This document shows, piece by piece, positions 38,593 to 48,195 of a DNA stretch of 64,000 nt. The translations under genes and the position numbers were made by a program. The first letter of the stretch is position 1, and every line of letters begins with the position of its first letter. Below the pieces are notes generated by a model that saw nothing but the letters and a program-made list of their open reading frames with translations, searched no databases and was not told the origin of the DNA. This DNA is from Gemmatimonadota bacterium (lineage in GTDB: Bacteria > Gemmatimonadota > Gemmatimonadetes > Longimicrobiales > Gaopeijiaceae). The DNA is taken from NCBI GenBank assembly GCA_039585495.1, contig JBDGVT010000038.1, positions 1,774-65,773 of the forward strand, read 5' to 3'.

Positions 38593-39744
38593 ATGAAGGT
38601 CGCCGTCATCAAGGAGACATCCCCTGGAGAGTCGAGAGTGGCTCTGGTTCCCCAGGGGGTAAAGGCGCTTCTGAAGTCGGGTTTCGAGGTGACTGTCGAG
38701 CGTGGCGCAGGAACCACGGCGGGGGTCACGGACGACGAATACACTGAGGCAGGCGCCTCGCTGGCCGGCTCTGCAGCGGAGGCTGTCCAGGGGGCCGGCA
38801 TGGTCCTCCACATCAATCCGCCCTCCCTGTCTGAGCCCGACGAACTCTCGGGTCTGACGGAGGGCACGATCCTCGTGTCTTTCCTCGATCCACTCGGGAA
38901 TCTGGACCTGGTGCGAGCACTCAGGGACCGCAAGATCTCGGCGGTATCGATGGAGCTGGTGCCGCGTATCACGAGAGCTCAGTCGATGGACGCTCTTTCA
39001 TCGCAGGCGACCGTGGCCGGCTACAAGGCGGTACTGATGGCGGCAAACCATCTCCCGAAGTTCCTGCCGATGTTCACCACCGCCGCGGGCACGATCCGGC
39101 CGGCGAAGGCGCTCATCCTGGGCGCCGGAGTAGCCGGCCTGCAGGCGATCGCGACGGCTCGTCGTCTTGGAGCGATCGTTCATGCGTTCGACGTGCGGCC
39201 GGCGGTCAAAGAACAGGTCGAGAGCCTGGGCGCGACATTCCTGGAGGCCGAGGAAGAGGTTACGGCCGAGGGTGAAGGTGGCTACGCCAAGGAGCTCTCG
39301 GAGGAACAGCACAAGAAGGAACTCGAGCTGATCGGTAGCGCGATCGTCGATACCGACATCGTCATCACGACGGCTCAGATTCCGGGTCGCCAGGCACCGG
39401 TCCTCATCACGGAAGAGATGGTAAAGACCATGCGGGCCGGCTCCGTCATCGTCGACCTCGCATCCGAGAGCGGCGGAAACTGTGAAGTGACGCGCATGGG
39501 CGAGACCGTGATCTCGCACGGAGTTCAGGTTCTCGGTCCGGTCAACCTGCCAGGATCGATCCCAGTCCACGCGAGCCAGATGTATTCGAAGAACATCGTG
39601 ACCCTGGTCGGCGAGTTCGTCGGAGAAGACGGCGCCGTGGCGCTTGATTTTGAGAACGATGTCGTGGGCCCGTCGACGGTGACCCATGCTGGAGAGGTAC
39701 GAAACGAACGTGTGCAGACCGCGCTCGATGGCGCCACGTCATGA
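38593..39744 (+). CDS. pntA: NAD(P) transhydrogenase subunit alpha, part 1
   Basis: 383-aa ORF with a MKVAVIKETSPGESRVALVP N-terminus and the Rossmann motif ILGAGVAGLQAI. Confidence 0.93.
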   Translation: MKVAVIKETSPGESRVALVPQGVKALLKSGFEVTVERGAGTTAGVTDDEYTEAGASLAGSAAEAVQGAGMVLHINPPSLSEPDELSGLTEGTILVSFLDPLGNLDLVRALRDRKISAVSMELVPRITRAQSMDALSSQATVAGYKAVLMAANHLPKFLPMFTTAAGTIRPAKALILGAGVAGLQAIATARRLGAIVHAFDVRPAVKEQVESLGATFLEAEEEVTAEGEGGYAKELSEEQHKKELELIGSAIVDTDIVITTAQIPGRQAPVLITEEMVKTMRAGSVIVDLASESGGNCEVTRMGETVISHGVQVLGPVNLPGSIPVHASQMYSKNIVTLVGEFVGEDGAVALDFENDVVGPSTVTHAGEVRNERVQTALDGATS

Positions 39745-39787
39745 GCTTCTGCACTACCCCCACCCTGGCTGTTTTCGAGGAGGTTCG

Positions 39788-40066
39788 ATGGGCGAGTTGA
39801 TGATCGGGCTCTATGTGTTCGTTCTCGCGACCCTGGCGGGTCGTGAAGTGATCACCAAGGTGCCGCCGACCCTCCATACTCCCCTGATGTCCGGTGCGAA
39901 CGCGATCTCGGGGATCGCGATCGTGGGAGCGATCGTCGTCGCGGGCCGTGCTGAGGGCACGACCCAGACGGTCCTCGCGGTGACGGCGATCGCGATGGCG
40001 ACGATCAACGTAATCGGCGGTTTCATGGTCACCGATCGCATGCTCAGCATGTTCCGGAAACGGTAA
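39788..40066 (+). CDS. NAD(P) transhydrogenase subunit alpha, part 2 (membrane)
   Basis: About 92 aa with three TM helices and the HTPLMSGANAISGI motif. ATG 39788 is preceded by a GAGGAGG SD. The ORF nominally starts at 39686. Confidence 0.9.
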   Translation: MGELMIGLYVFVLATLAGREVITKVPPTLHTPLMSGANAISGIAIVGAIVVAGRAEGTTQTVLAVTAIAMATINVIGGFMVTDRMLSMFRKR

Positions 40067-40075
40067 GGGCAAGAC

Positions 40076-41467
40076 ATGAACTACGATCTACTCGTTGAAC
40101 TCACGTATCTGTCCTCTGCCGTTCTCTTCGTCGTCGGGTTGAAGCGGCTTCAGTCGCCCGCGACGGCGCGCGCAGGTAACGCTCTCGCATCGCTCGCCAT
40201 GCTCATCGCCATCGTGGCGACGCTGGTCGACGCGGAAATCCTGTCCTGGACCGGAATTCTCGTCGGCATGGCGATCGGTGGCACAATCGGTGGTCTCGCG
40301 GCCCGCAGGGTCCAGATGACCGACATGCCGCAACTGGTCGGAATCTTCAACGGCTTCGGGGGCGGCGCCTCTGCACTCGTAGCAGTTGCGGAGTTCTTCT
40401 CCAACCCTGCAGTCGGCGCGGGCACCACTGGTGTGACGATCATGCTCGGAACGCTGATCGGGGCGGTCACCTTCACGGGATCGTTCATCGCGTTCGCGAA
40501 GCTCCAGGGTCTCATGACCGGAAATCCGATCACCTTCCCGGGCCAGAACTGGTTCAACCTGGTGATCTTCCTTGGCGTACTCGTGCTGGCAGCGATGGGT
40601 CTCGGGCTAGGCGGCCTCGAGATGGCACCGCTCACTCTCTTTGGCATCTTCATCGGCGGAGCCCTGGTTCTCGGGGTCCTGATCGTAATCCCGATCGGCG
40701 GTGCGGATATGCCGGTCGTGATCTCGCTGCTCAATTCGTACTCGGGCCTGGCCGCGAGTGCGGCAGGCTTCGTGATCGGGAACATGGTGTTGATCATCTC
40801 GGGAGCACTCGTAGGCGCTTCCGGTCTGATCCTCACCCAGCTGATGTGCAAGGGCATGAATCGGTCGCTCGCCAACGTCGCCTTCGGTGGCTTCGGTGGC
40901 TCGGCGGGGGTCGACAAGAAGCTCATCGGCAAGCGTCCTGTGAAGAGCGCGGACGCTGAGGCAGTAGCCGCGGAGCTGGGCTACGTGAACTCTGTGGTCG
41001 TCGTGCCCGGATATGGCCTGGCCGTAGCTCAGGCACAGCACGAACTCCGGAAGGTCGGAGACCTGCTCGAGGAACGGGGGGTCGACGTGAAGTACGCGAT
41101 TCACCCCGTCGCCGGCCGGATGCCGGGCCACATGAACGTGCTCCTCGCCGAAGCAGACGTCAGCTACGACAAGCTGTTCGATCTAGACGAGATCAACAGC
41201 GACTTCAACAACACTGATGCGGTCTTGATCGTCGGTGCGAACGACGTCGTGAATCCATCGGCAAGGGACCCGCAGTCGATCATTGCCGGAATGCCGATTC
41301 TGGACGTCGACTATGCGCGTCGTGTCATCGTCATGAAGCGGAGCCTCTCGCCCGGCTTCGCCGGTATCGACAACGATCTCTTCTACATGGACAACACGCT
41401 CATGTTCTTCGGTGACGCGAAGGACTCGATGAGCGAGCTGGTGCGGGAGGTTCGCGACCTGGCATGA
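40076..41467 (+). CDS. pntB: NAD(P) transhydrogenase subunit beta
   Basis: 463-aa ORF with a polytopic N-terminal half and a C-terminal NADP(H) domain (VVPGYGLAVAQAQH, HPVAGRMPGHMNVLLAEA). Confidence 0.95.
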   Translation: MNYDLLVELTYLSSAVLFVVGLKRLQSPATARAGNALASLAMLIAIVATLVDAEILSWTGILVGMAIGGTIGGLAARRVQMTDMPQLVGIFNGFGGGASALVAVAEFFSNPAVGAGTTGVTIMLGTLIGAVTFTGSFIAFAKLQGLMTGNPITFPGQNWFNLVIFLGVLVLAAMGLGLGGLEMAPLTLFGIFIGGALVLGVLIVIPIGGADMPVVISLLNSYSGLAASAAGFVIGNMVLIISGALVGASGLILTQLMCKGMNRSLANVAFGGFGGSAGVDKKLIGKRPVKSADAEAVAAELGYVNSVVVVPGYGLAVAQAQHELRKVGDLLEERGVDVKYAIHPVAGRMPGHMNVLLAEADVSYDKLFDLDEINSDFNNTDAVLIVGANDVVNPSARDPQSIIAGMPILDVDYARRVIVMKRSLSPGFAGIDNDLFYMDNTLMFFGDAKDSMSELVREVRDLA

Positions 41468-41883
41468 GTGCGGAGCCGCTCGGCCAGCTCCGCCTGATCT
41501 GGGCAGCGCTCGTCGGCGGCGTAGCCGTGTACACGTTCGTGATCTTCGGCCTGCTTACGACGGGTGCGATCGGCTTCGGTGTTCTGTCACCCGGTGTGCT
41601 CAACGTCGTCGCCGCCGCGGTCATGCTTTACATGGGAGCGGGTGTCCTTCTGCGGCGCTCGATGATCGCGCGTATCCCCCCTGACGCACCTCGTGACGTA
41701 CGAGTCGGGCAATACCGGGCCGCGACGATCATCGGGCTAGGACTCACCGAATCGGGCGGCCTCATCGTGATCACGCTCGGCATGCTGGGGTCCGAACCCC
41801 TGTGGGTGTTGGCTGGCGGAGGAGCGGCGTTCGTGATGATGTTCCTCGCGCGGCCCACCGCCGAGGAGATCGGGACGGACTAG
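41464..41883 (+). CDS. small integral membrane protein of unknown function
   Basis: 139-aa ORF with about 4 predicted TM segments. ATGA overlap with the pntB stop implies translational coupling. Confidence 0.6.
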   Translation: MSAEPLGQLRLIWAALVGGVAVYTFVIFGLLTTGAIGFGVLSPGVLNVVAAAVMLYMGAGVLLRRSMIARIPPDAPRDVRVGQYRAATIIGLGLTESGGLIVITLGMLGSEPLWVLAGGGAAFVMMFLARPTAEEIGTD

Positions 41884-41896
41884 TCGGTCGAATCGC

Positions 41897-43363
41897 TCAC
41901 GACTCCGTCGCGACGACCTCGGCCGCGGCGGCCTGCTCGAGCAGCGACCAGGTGCGCTCCACGTGAGCGCGGGTCGTCTTGAGATTCCCGACCGAGATCC
42001 TGAGCACGGTACGCCCGTTCAGGACGGTGTGCGTCAGGAACGCCTCACCCGAGGCGTTCACACGATCCAGGATGCGCCGGTTCGCGGCGTCTTCAGCGTC
42101 CGCATCGCTCCATCCCGGCGCGAACCGGTAGGCCACCGTCGCGAAATGCACCGGAGCCATCACTTCCCAGTCGGGCGCCGCGCGGACCTGGCGCTCGAAT
42201 TCAGCCGCCAGAGCCACGTGCGTCCTGAGCCGGGCAACCAGGCCCTCACGGCCGAAGTACCGCAGCACGAACCACAGCTTCAACGAGCGGAAGCGGCGTC
42301 CCAGTGACACCCCGTAATCCATGAGATTACGAACCGGTGCCGATTCCGAAGACGAGAGGTACTCCGGCACGATGGAGAAGGCCCTCCTCACGTCGGCCGG
42401 CCGACGGCAGTAGAGCACCGAGCAGTCGATCGGCGTGAACAACCACTTGTGTGGGTTGACGATGATCGAGTCGGCCTCTTCCCAGCCTGCGAGCAATGGC
42501 CTGAGTTCTGGCACGATGGCTGCCGGACCTCCGTAGGCGGCGTCCACGTGAAGCCACGCGCCAAACTCCCTGGCGACCTCTGCCAGCTCCGCGACCGGAT
42601 CGATGGACGCGGTCGATGTGGTGCCGGAGGTCGCGACCACCGCCACCGGACGGATGCCTGCCACGCGGTCGGCCTGCATGGCTTCGCGCAGCGCTTCAGC
42701 GTCCATGCGAAACTCGGCATCCGATGGGACCACTCTGAAGCCTTCCTGACCGAAGCCCAGCGTCAGGACCGCCTTCTCGATCGAGGAGTGCGCCTGGTCC
42801 GAAGCATAGATGGCCCCGGGCTCGGCCCCGAACAGGCCAGCCTGATGGGCCTCGGGATACGAGGCCTCCCGCGCAGCGGCCAGAGCGTACAGCGAGGAGG
42901 ACGATGCCGTATCGTTGATCACGCCCTCGAAACCCTCCGGCAGCCCGAGCAACTGGCGGAGCCAATCGGTCACGACATCCTCGAGTTCGGTCGCGGCGGG
43001 CGAGCTTCGCCAAACCATCGCGTTCACGTTGAGCGCGGCGGCGAGCATCTCGCCGAGCACACCCGGGCCCGATGCTGTAATCGCGAAGTATCCGAAGAAC
43101 GCGGGGTGGTTCCAGTGATTCAGCCCCGGCACGATGATGTCGCGAAAGTCGCGCAGCGCATCGTCCAGCGACTCCCCGCTCTCGGGCGCTGATGGCGGAA
43201 GGGCCGCTCGGATGTCGCCCGGCGCGGTCTCGGGGAAGACGGGGAGATCTCCGACGCCTGCGAGGTAATCCGCCATCCAGTCGGCGACTTCCTGCGCGAG
43301 CACCCGAAACTCCTCTGGCGGAAGGTCTCCGCCCTGATCAGTCGAGCTGTCGAGCGGGTCCAA
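41897..43363 (-). CDS. group II PLP-dependent decarboxylase (aromatic-L-amino-acid decarboxylase-like)
   Basis: NHWNHPAFFGYFAITASGPGVLGEMLAAALN and the PLP-lysine motif NPHKWLFTPIDCSVLY, both typical of DDC/TDC-type enzymes. Confidence 0.85.
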   Translation of the reverse strand: MDPLDSSTDQGGDLPPEEFRVLAQEVADWMADYLAGVGDLPVFPETAPGDIRAALPPSAPESGESLDDALRDFRDIIVPGLNHWNHPAFFGYFAITASGPGVLGEMLAAALNVNAMVWRSSPAATELEDVVTDWLRQLLGLPEGFEGVINDTASSSSLYALAAAREASYPEAHQAGLFGAEPGAIYASDQAHSSIEKAVLTLGFGQEGFRVVPSDAEFRMDAEALREAMQADRVAGIRPVAVVATSGTTSTASIDPVAELAEVAREFGAWLHVDAAYGGPAAIVPELRPLLAGWEEADSIIVNPHKWLFTPIDCSVLYCRRPADVRRAFSIVPEYLSSSESAPVRNLMDYGVSLGRRFRSLKLWFVLRYFGREGLVARLRTHVALAAEFERQVRAAPDWEVMAPVHFATVAYRFAPGWSDADAEDAANRRILDRVNASGEAFLTHTVLNGRTVLRISVGNLKTTRAHVERTWSLLEQAAAAEVVATES

Positions 43364-43377
43364 CGGGTCGCGCTCGG

Positions 43378-43950
43378 TCAGTTCCCCGTTTCCTGCTCGA
43401 AAGATCGGGAATGCGCATGCTCGAGAATCGTGTGGACCTCCGAGGAGATGCTCATGAGTTGCGATTCGGCCTCGCCGGCGATGTCATCTCCGCCCAGGAG
43501 ACTCCTGGCGCCATCTCCCTCGAAGAACTGGAAGAACATCGCGTCCGTGTGACCGATGCTGACGTGCGTAACCGCCCGGTCCAGTGCTCGATTGAGTCGA
43601 AGGATCTCACGAAGTGAGAGCGGCGCGGTGCCCCCGAGCGGGGGGTCACGATACAGGTCCCGGATCACGAGTTCGCGCAGGATGTGGAGCTCCTCGATCG
43701 CTTCTCCAGCGGCCAGCCCACGCTTCGCGGCGACGGCTCCGTAGAGCTCCGCAGCCCGGTCCCAGAGTGGTTGTATCTGGTCGCGATAGGGTCCCATCAG
43801 GTATGGCAGCAAGTGGACCAGTTGGGCCACGAATCGCTCGACCACCGGTTCGAAAGGGGGGCTCTGACCCAGCCCGCGCGAGCGGATTTCGTGGGCCCAC
43901 CGCTCCTGAAGATCGGGTACCCTCGAGTGCAGCCACCGTGTCAGCTCCAT
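43378..43950 (-). CDS. stand-alone RsbRD_N-like (non-haem globin-type sensor) domain protein
   Basis: LQERWAHEIRS ... YGAVAAKRGLAAGEAIEELHILRELVIRDLY resembles the N-terminal domain of RsbR-type and many kinase sensors. The start is uncertain (ATG at 43950, 44040 or 44118). Confidence 0.5.
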   Translation of the reverse strand: MELTRWLHSRVPDLQERWAHEIRSRGLGQSPPFEPVVERFVAQLVHLLPYLMGPYRDQIQPLWDRAAELYGAVAAKRGLAAGEAIEELHILRELVIRDLYRDPPLGGTAPLSLREILRLNRALDRAVTHVSIGHTDAMFFQFFEGDGARSLLGGDDIAGEAESQLMSISSEVHTILEHAHSRSFEQETGN

Positions 43951-44149
43951 GGGGCCTATACGCACTCGGTCTGGTGCCGCGGGTGGCGGCCCGGAGAGGG
44001 TTCGTGGCTGTGAGTTGTGATCCGAGGAAGTGCCCGCCATAGATCTCGGTGTGAGATGGAAGGGTGCCCCTCGAGGTCGTGGCGGACGACGCCGGGACAG
44101 AAAACAAAGATACGACATGGGGACCGGCGTGGGCCAGTCTCGCGCGCGG

Positions 44150-47100
44150 CTACTGCGTCCAAACCTGAAGGGTCACATGAACAGCAGTGCCTTCACCCAG
44201 TTCGCTCTCGACGGAAACTCCACCGCCCCATGATCGGACCACGCGCTGCACGATGGCCAGGCCGAGCCCGGTTCCGGTCGAGCGGGTGCTGAACTGGGGC
44301 TCGAAAATGCGTGGGAGTACATCCTCGGGGATTCCCGCGCCGTCGTCGACCACCGACAACAGGACCGTTCCGTCCTCGTCGCCGCGACGGGCGATGATTC
44401 TTACGAGGGTCCCTTGCTGACCGGCGAGGCGTGCATTCTCGAGGAGATTGACGAGCACCTCCTTGATTTCCGCCATCCGCGCGACAACCGGGGGCAACCG
44501 CCTCTCCACGTCCTGGTCGAATCGCACGCGGGCCGCGGAGCCCCCGTAGAGAGCCATGACCTCGTTAACCACGTCTCCCAGGTTCACTGCCGCGAGCGGC
44601 ACGACCTGCTCGCCCCCGGGAGCACCGAAGCGGGAGAAGGACTGAGCGATACCAGCAAGGCGGTCGATCTCGCTCAGCATTGCGTCCGCGTTCTTGATCA
44701 GAATCCCCTCGAAATCAGGATGTCCATCGTCCCACGCGCGCCGTACGTGCTGGATGCTGAGCTTGATGGGCGTAAGAGGGTTCTTCACTTCGTGCGCCAC
44801 TTGACGCGCCATCTCACCCCAGGCCAGGACGCGTTCGGCGCGCAATTCGTCGGTTACATCGTCGAGAGCGACGACGACGCCGCGACGGGTCCCGAAGCTG
44901 CCGAGACGTCGAGCACGAACCCGGACCCTTCGCTCGACACCCTGGAAGTCGAAGTTTGCCTCGTCCGCGTTCCCGGCCAGGTAGTCCGAAAGCCACGGAG
45001 CGAGTTCCTCGCCCAGCGGTCCGGTATCCGGCAATGTGCGTCCTACGAAGACCTCGGCGCCGAGCAGCTCCTCGGCTCTCGGGTTCACGAGCGTCACCCG
45101 ACCGCCCGGATCGAGCGCGACCATTCCCACGGCCGCCTCGTCCATGATCAGCTGCGTACGGCGTGAGGTCCGCACCAGCTGACGCCTCGCCCGCCGGACC
45201 CTGCCGACCATCCTGTTGAACGCGCGAAATACGGCTCCGAATTCGTCCGTTCGGTGCGCCGGCAACCTCATGCCAAGGTCCCCCGCCCCAACACTCTCCG
45301 AAGCCACCTGCAGTGCGTGGATCGGCCGGGTCAACGCTCGAGCGGCAACCATGGCGAGGGCAAGTGACAACGCACCGCCCAGGAGGATCACGAACCCCAG
45401 CAACTCGATCAGATCGGACGTTTTGAGCGCGCTCGTTCCCGCCTGCAAAGGCACCTGAGCCGCCAGCACGTCACCGTCCGGCAGCCTCCGGTACGCCGTA
45501 ACGTATTCCCACCGCCCTACCTGCATCTCCCTGAAGTCCTGAAGTACTTCCCGGCCATCCAGCCCGGCCTGAACGTCGAAGGGCGTCCAACCCTCGTAGA
45601 GTCCCAACTCGACGAGCTCCTCGACGGAGCCCTCATTCAGCTCACCCTCCCGATACTCGAGAAGCTCGGCCCCGACCTGGCTGGCGAGACGCTCCATCTG
45701 TCCACCGAGGGCCTGGTACCATCCGGCAGCGTCCTCGACCACGCGCTCGGCAATGACCTGGGCGGATCGATGGGAAGCCTGCGCCAGCGTTCGATACGCG
45801 ACCGTGCCGAACATCGCGTTCGCGAGCGCAAAGAACCCGAACAATGCCAGGGTGACACGGGCACGGAACGAGATTACGAGTCCGGTGAGTCGCACCTCGC
45901 TCCTCGCCGGTCCCAGCAAATAGGCACTACCTGCGGCCCAGAAGCCCAGCAGCAGGACGAGGTCGAGCACCATGAGCAACGTCGCACGCGCGATGCCCAG
46001 CGGGACTCCAGGGAGCGCGATGAGGTAGTGCGCGTGGTAGGACCTCTGGTTCGAGAACTGCAGCTCGATCTCGGCTCTCCAGTTGGTTCCGGTTCGCCTG
46101 AGATCGGCGGGTCCCGAGCGGGCGACCTCGCCGTCCGGTAGTGCGATGACGGTGAGCGGGTCGCGATCGGTGTCACTGGACCCGCGCAGAAGAGTGGTGA
46201 GTGCCGATGGACCGGAGGTCTCCGGAAACGGCGGAGCGACGGCGACGACCATTCGGTCTCTGCTCAGCGGCGTCGTCAGGATGTACCGCGCGTCATCCCT
46301 GTTGAGCTGGACCAGTCGAACTCCACCGGCCGCACGCCCCTGCGCGAGAATATCCTGGTACGGCTCCGGCTCGGAGTCGCCGACTCCGACCCGAAGACCC
46401 TCCCCGGGCGATCCATCACGACGTTCGATCTGCAGCCAGACCGCCTCGCCCAGGTCTGCGAGACCACTCTGTCTCCAACCCTCGTACAGGATGCTGACGT
46501 CCTCGGCACCCGAAGCGTCGAGTGAGTCGGCCAACCGACCGAAGTCCAGAAGGCGATCCTCCATCTTCACGTCTTCGACCGCGGCCAGACTCTGCAGCCG
46601 CCTCGCACCCTCCTCCAGTCGCGCCTCCACACGGTGACCCCAGGTGATCGGAATCGTCGCCGACGCCCCGAGTACGATCGCGACACCCCAGCCCAGGAGG
46701 GGGCGTTGCCACCCGCCCCAAGCCGGGACCGCCACGGCGGCGAGCCAGGCGGGCACGACCCATGCGGCCGCGATCCAGGCCGGCCCTGAGCCGACCCAAT
46801 AGACCCAGGTTCCGGCACCCGCCATGAGAACGCCGGCTGATACCAGCGCCCAGATGATCGAAGGGTTCCGTTCTCCACGGGTCGTCGCCAAGGAAATCGC
46901 CGACCCGATGGCAAGTGACACGAGTGCGGCGCCCGTGAGTTGGTAGGCCACCCAATCGAATCGGCTCGTTGCGAGTGCTTCCACCCCGAGGCCCGCCTTC
47001 AGCCACACGAGCAGCAGAGGACACGATATGCCCACAGTGACCGCGACCACCCATCCGGGAAGCTCGACCCTGGGCCGAATCGCACCGACCAGCGTGAAGC

Positions 47101-48187
47101 CGGCCATCGCGAGGAGCACGACTCGGCCCAGGCTCGCAGGGATCGGCCCCGGTAGAGTGAAGAAGCTCGGATCGAACAAACCCTGCGTAATCGACAGCTG
47201 CTCGAGGGGCACCCACGCGGCGAGTGACACGAGTGCCAGTGCCGAGGCGAGCGCCTCCCGGCCTTCCCCCCCCGCACCGACCGCGAGGAGAAGCCACGCC
47301 AACAGCAAGAGCATCGCCACGATTGCAGCGTGCCGGTCGTGGATCGACCGTATCCTCTGGTCTCTGGCAGGCCTCTCGATGACCATGCTCAAGAACCGCT
47401 CGTCACCGAGCGCAAGGTCCCACACGGCCTCGTCGAATCCGGGATCCTCCTCGGTGATGCGCACCGTCTCGGAGGTCTCATGGAAGAACCGGGTGGCCAG
47501 ATCATCCGTCTCCGCCCCGAGTCCTTCCGGCAGCGACGCACGCAGCAGGTATGCCGCCACCGCCACGCTTCCGTCGGGCGCCACTGACGTGAGGTACAGG
47601 TATCCGAACAGCGGAAGATCCCGGTACGCCTGCCGTCGTTCTCCCCTCTGCACGCTCTCCGGGACCTTGCCTCGGTGAGCGCCGTCCCACGCCACCAGAC
47701 CTCCGTCCGCGTTATAGAACGCCAGCGCGGAGGGGCCGAACCGTGCTCGAATTGCAGCCAAACTGGACCCCGTGAACTCTGCCTCCGACTCGAGCCACAA
47801 CGCAACCAGCGCGTCCGCAGCCGACTCACCAGCCACGAGTCGCCGTTCGATCTCACCGGTCAGGAGTCCTCCGACCTCTCTGTCTCGCTCGTCCCAATAG
47901 CCATCCCAGTCATCCAGAGCCAACTTCGTCTGGCGCTCGGCGACGAATCCCACGAGGATGCCGAGGATCAGGAGGGTGGAAGCGAGCGCCCATGCGGAAC
48001 CACGACCGCGCGGCCCGATGAGGACTGTCGCGGCAATACCGAACGACGCGAGAAGCAGAGGCCAGGGGCTCGCCACTCCGGACCACAGAGAGAGCGCAGC
48101 AATCGTTACCCATGGGCCCGCCCAGCCATAGGAGCGGGCTCGCGACAAGGCGACGGAGTAGAGGGGGACCTGCGGTGTCATATGCAC
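44150..48187 (-). CDS. very large polytopic sensor histidine kinase (NtrY-like HAMP-PAS-HisKA-HATPase output)
   Basis: 1345-aa ORF with an ~900-aa multi-TM/extracytoplasmic N-terminal region, then HAMP (TRPIHALQVASESVGAGDL), PAS, the NtrY-type H-box ARQVAHEVKNPLTPI and an ATPase domain (DDGAGIP, GTGLGLAIV). Confidence 0.9.
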   Translation of the reverse strand: MHMTPQVPLYSVALSRARSYGWAGPWVTIAALSLWSGVASPWPLLLASFGIAATVLIGPRGRGSAWALASTLLILGILVGFVAERQTKLALDDWDGYWDERDREVGGLLTGEIERRLVAGESAADALVALWLESEAEFTGSSLAAIRARFGPSALAFYNADGGLVAWDGAHRGKVPESVQRGERRQAYRDLPLFGYLYLTSVAPDGSVAVAAYLLRASLPEGLGAETDDLATRFFHETSETVRITEEDPGFDEAVWDLALGDERFLSMVIERPARDQRIRSIHDRHAAIVAMLLLLAWLLLAVGAGGEGREALASALALVSLAAWVPLEQLSITQGLFDPSFFTLPGPIPASLGRVVLLAMAGFTLVGAIRPRVELPGWVVAVTVGISCPLLLVWLKAGLGVEALATSRFDWVAYQLTGAALVSLAIGSAISLATTRGERNPSIIWALVSAGVLMAGAGTWVYWVGSGPAWIAAAWVVPAWLAAVAVPAWGGWQRPLLGWGVAIVLGASATIPITWGHRVEARLEEGARRLQSLAAVEDVKMEDRLLDFGRLADSLDASGAEDVSILYEGWRQSGLADLGEAVWLQIERRDGSPGEGLRVGVGDSEPEPYQDILAQGRAAGGVRLVQLNRDDARYILTTPLSRDRMVVAVAPPFPETSGPSALTTLLRGSSDTDRDPLTVIALPDGEVARSGPADLRRTGTNWRAEIELQFSNQRSYHAHYLIALPGVPLGIARATLLMVLDLVLLLGFWAAGSAYLLGPARSEVRLTGLVISFRARVTLALFGFFALANAMFGTVAYRTLAQASHRSAQVIAERVVEDAAGWYQALGGQMERLASQVGAELLEYREGELNEGSVEELVELGLYEGWTPFDVQAGLDGREVLQDFREMQVGRWEYVTAYRRLPDGDVLAAQVPLQAGTSALKTSDLIELLGFVILLGGALSLALAMVAARALTRPIHALQVASESVGAGDLGMRLPAHRTDEFGAVFRAFNRMVGRVRRARRQLVRTSRRTQLIMDEAAVGMVALDPGGRVTLVNPRAEELLGAEVFVGRTLPDTGPLGEELAPWLSDYLAGNADEANFDFQGVERRVRVRARRLGSFGTRRGVVVALDDVTDELRAERVLAWGEMARQVAHEVKNPLTPIKLSIQHVRRAWDDGHPDFEGILIKNADAMLSEIDRLAGIAQSFSRFGAPGGEQVVPLAAVNLGDVVNEVMALYGGSAARVRFDQDVERRLPPVVARMAEIKEVLVNLLENARLAGQQGTLVRIIARRGDEDGTVLLSVVDDGAGIPEDVLPRIFEPQFSTRSTGTGLGLAIVQRVVRSWGGGVSVESELGEGTAVHVTLQVWTQ

Positions 48188-48195
48188 TCGACGAG

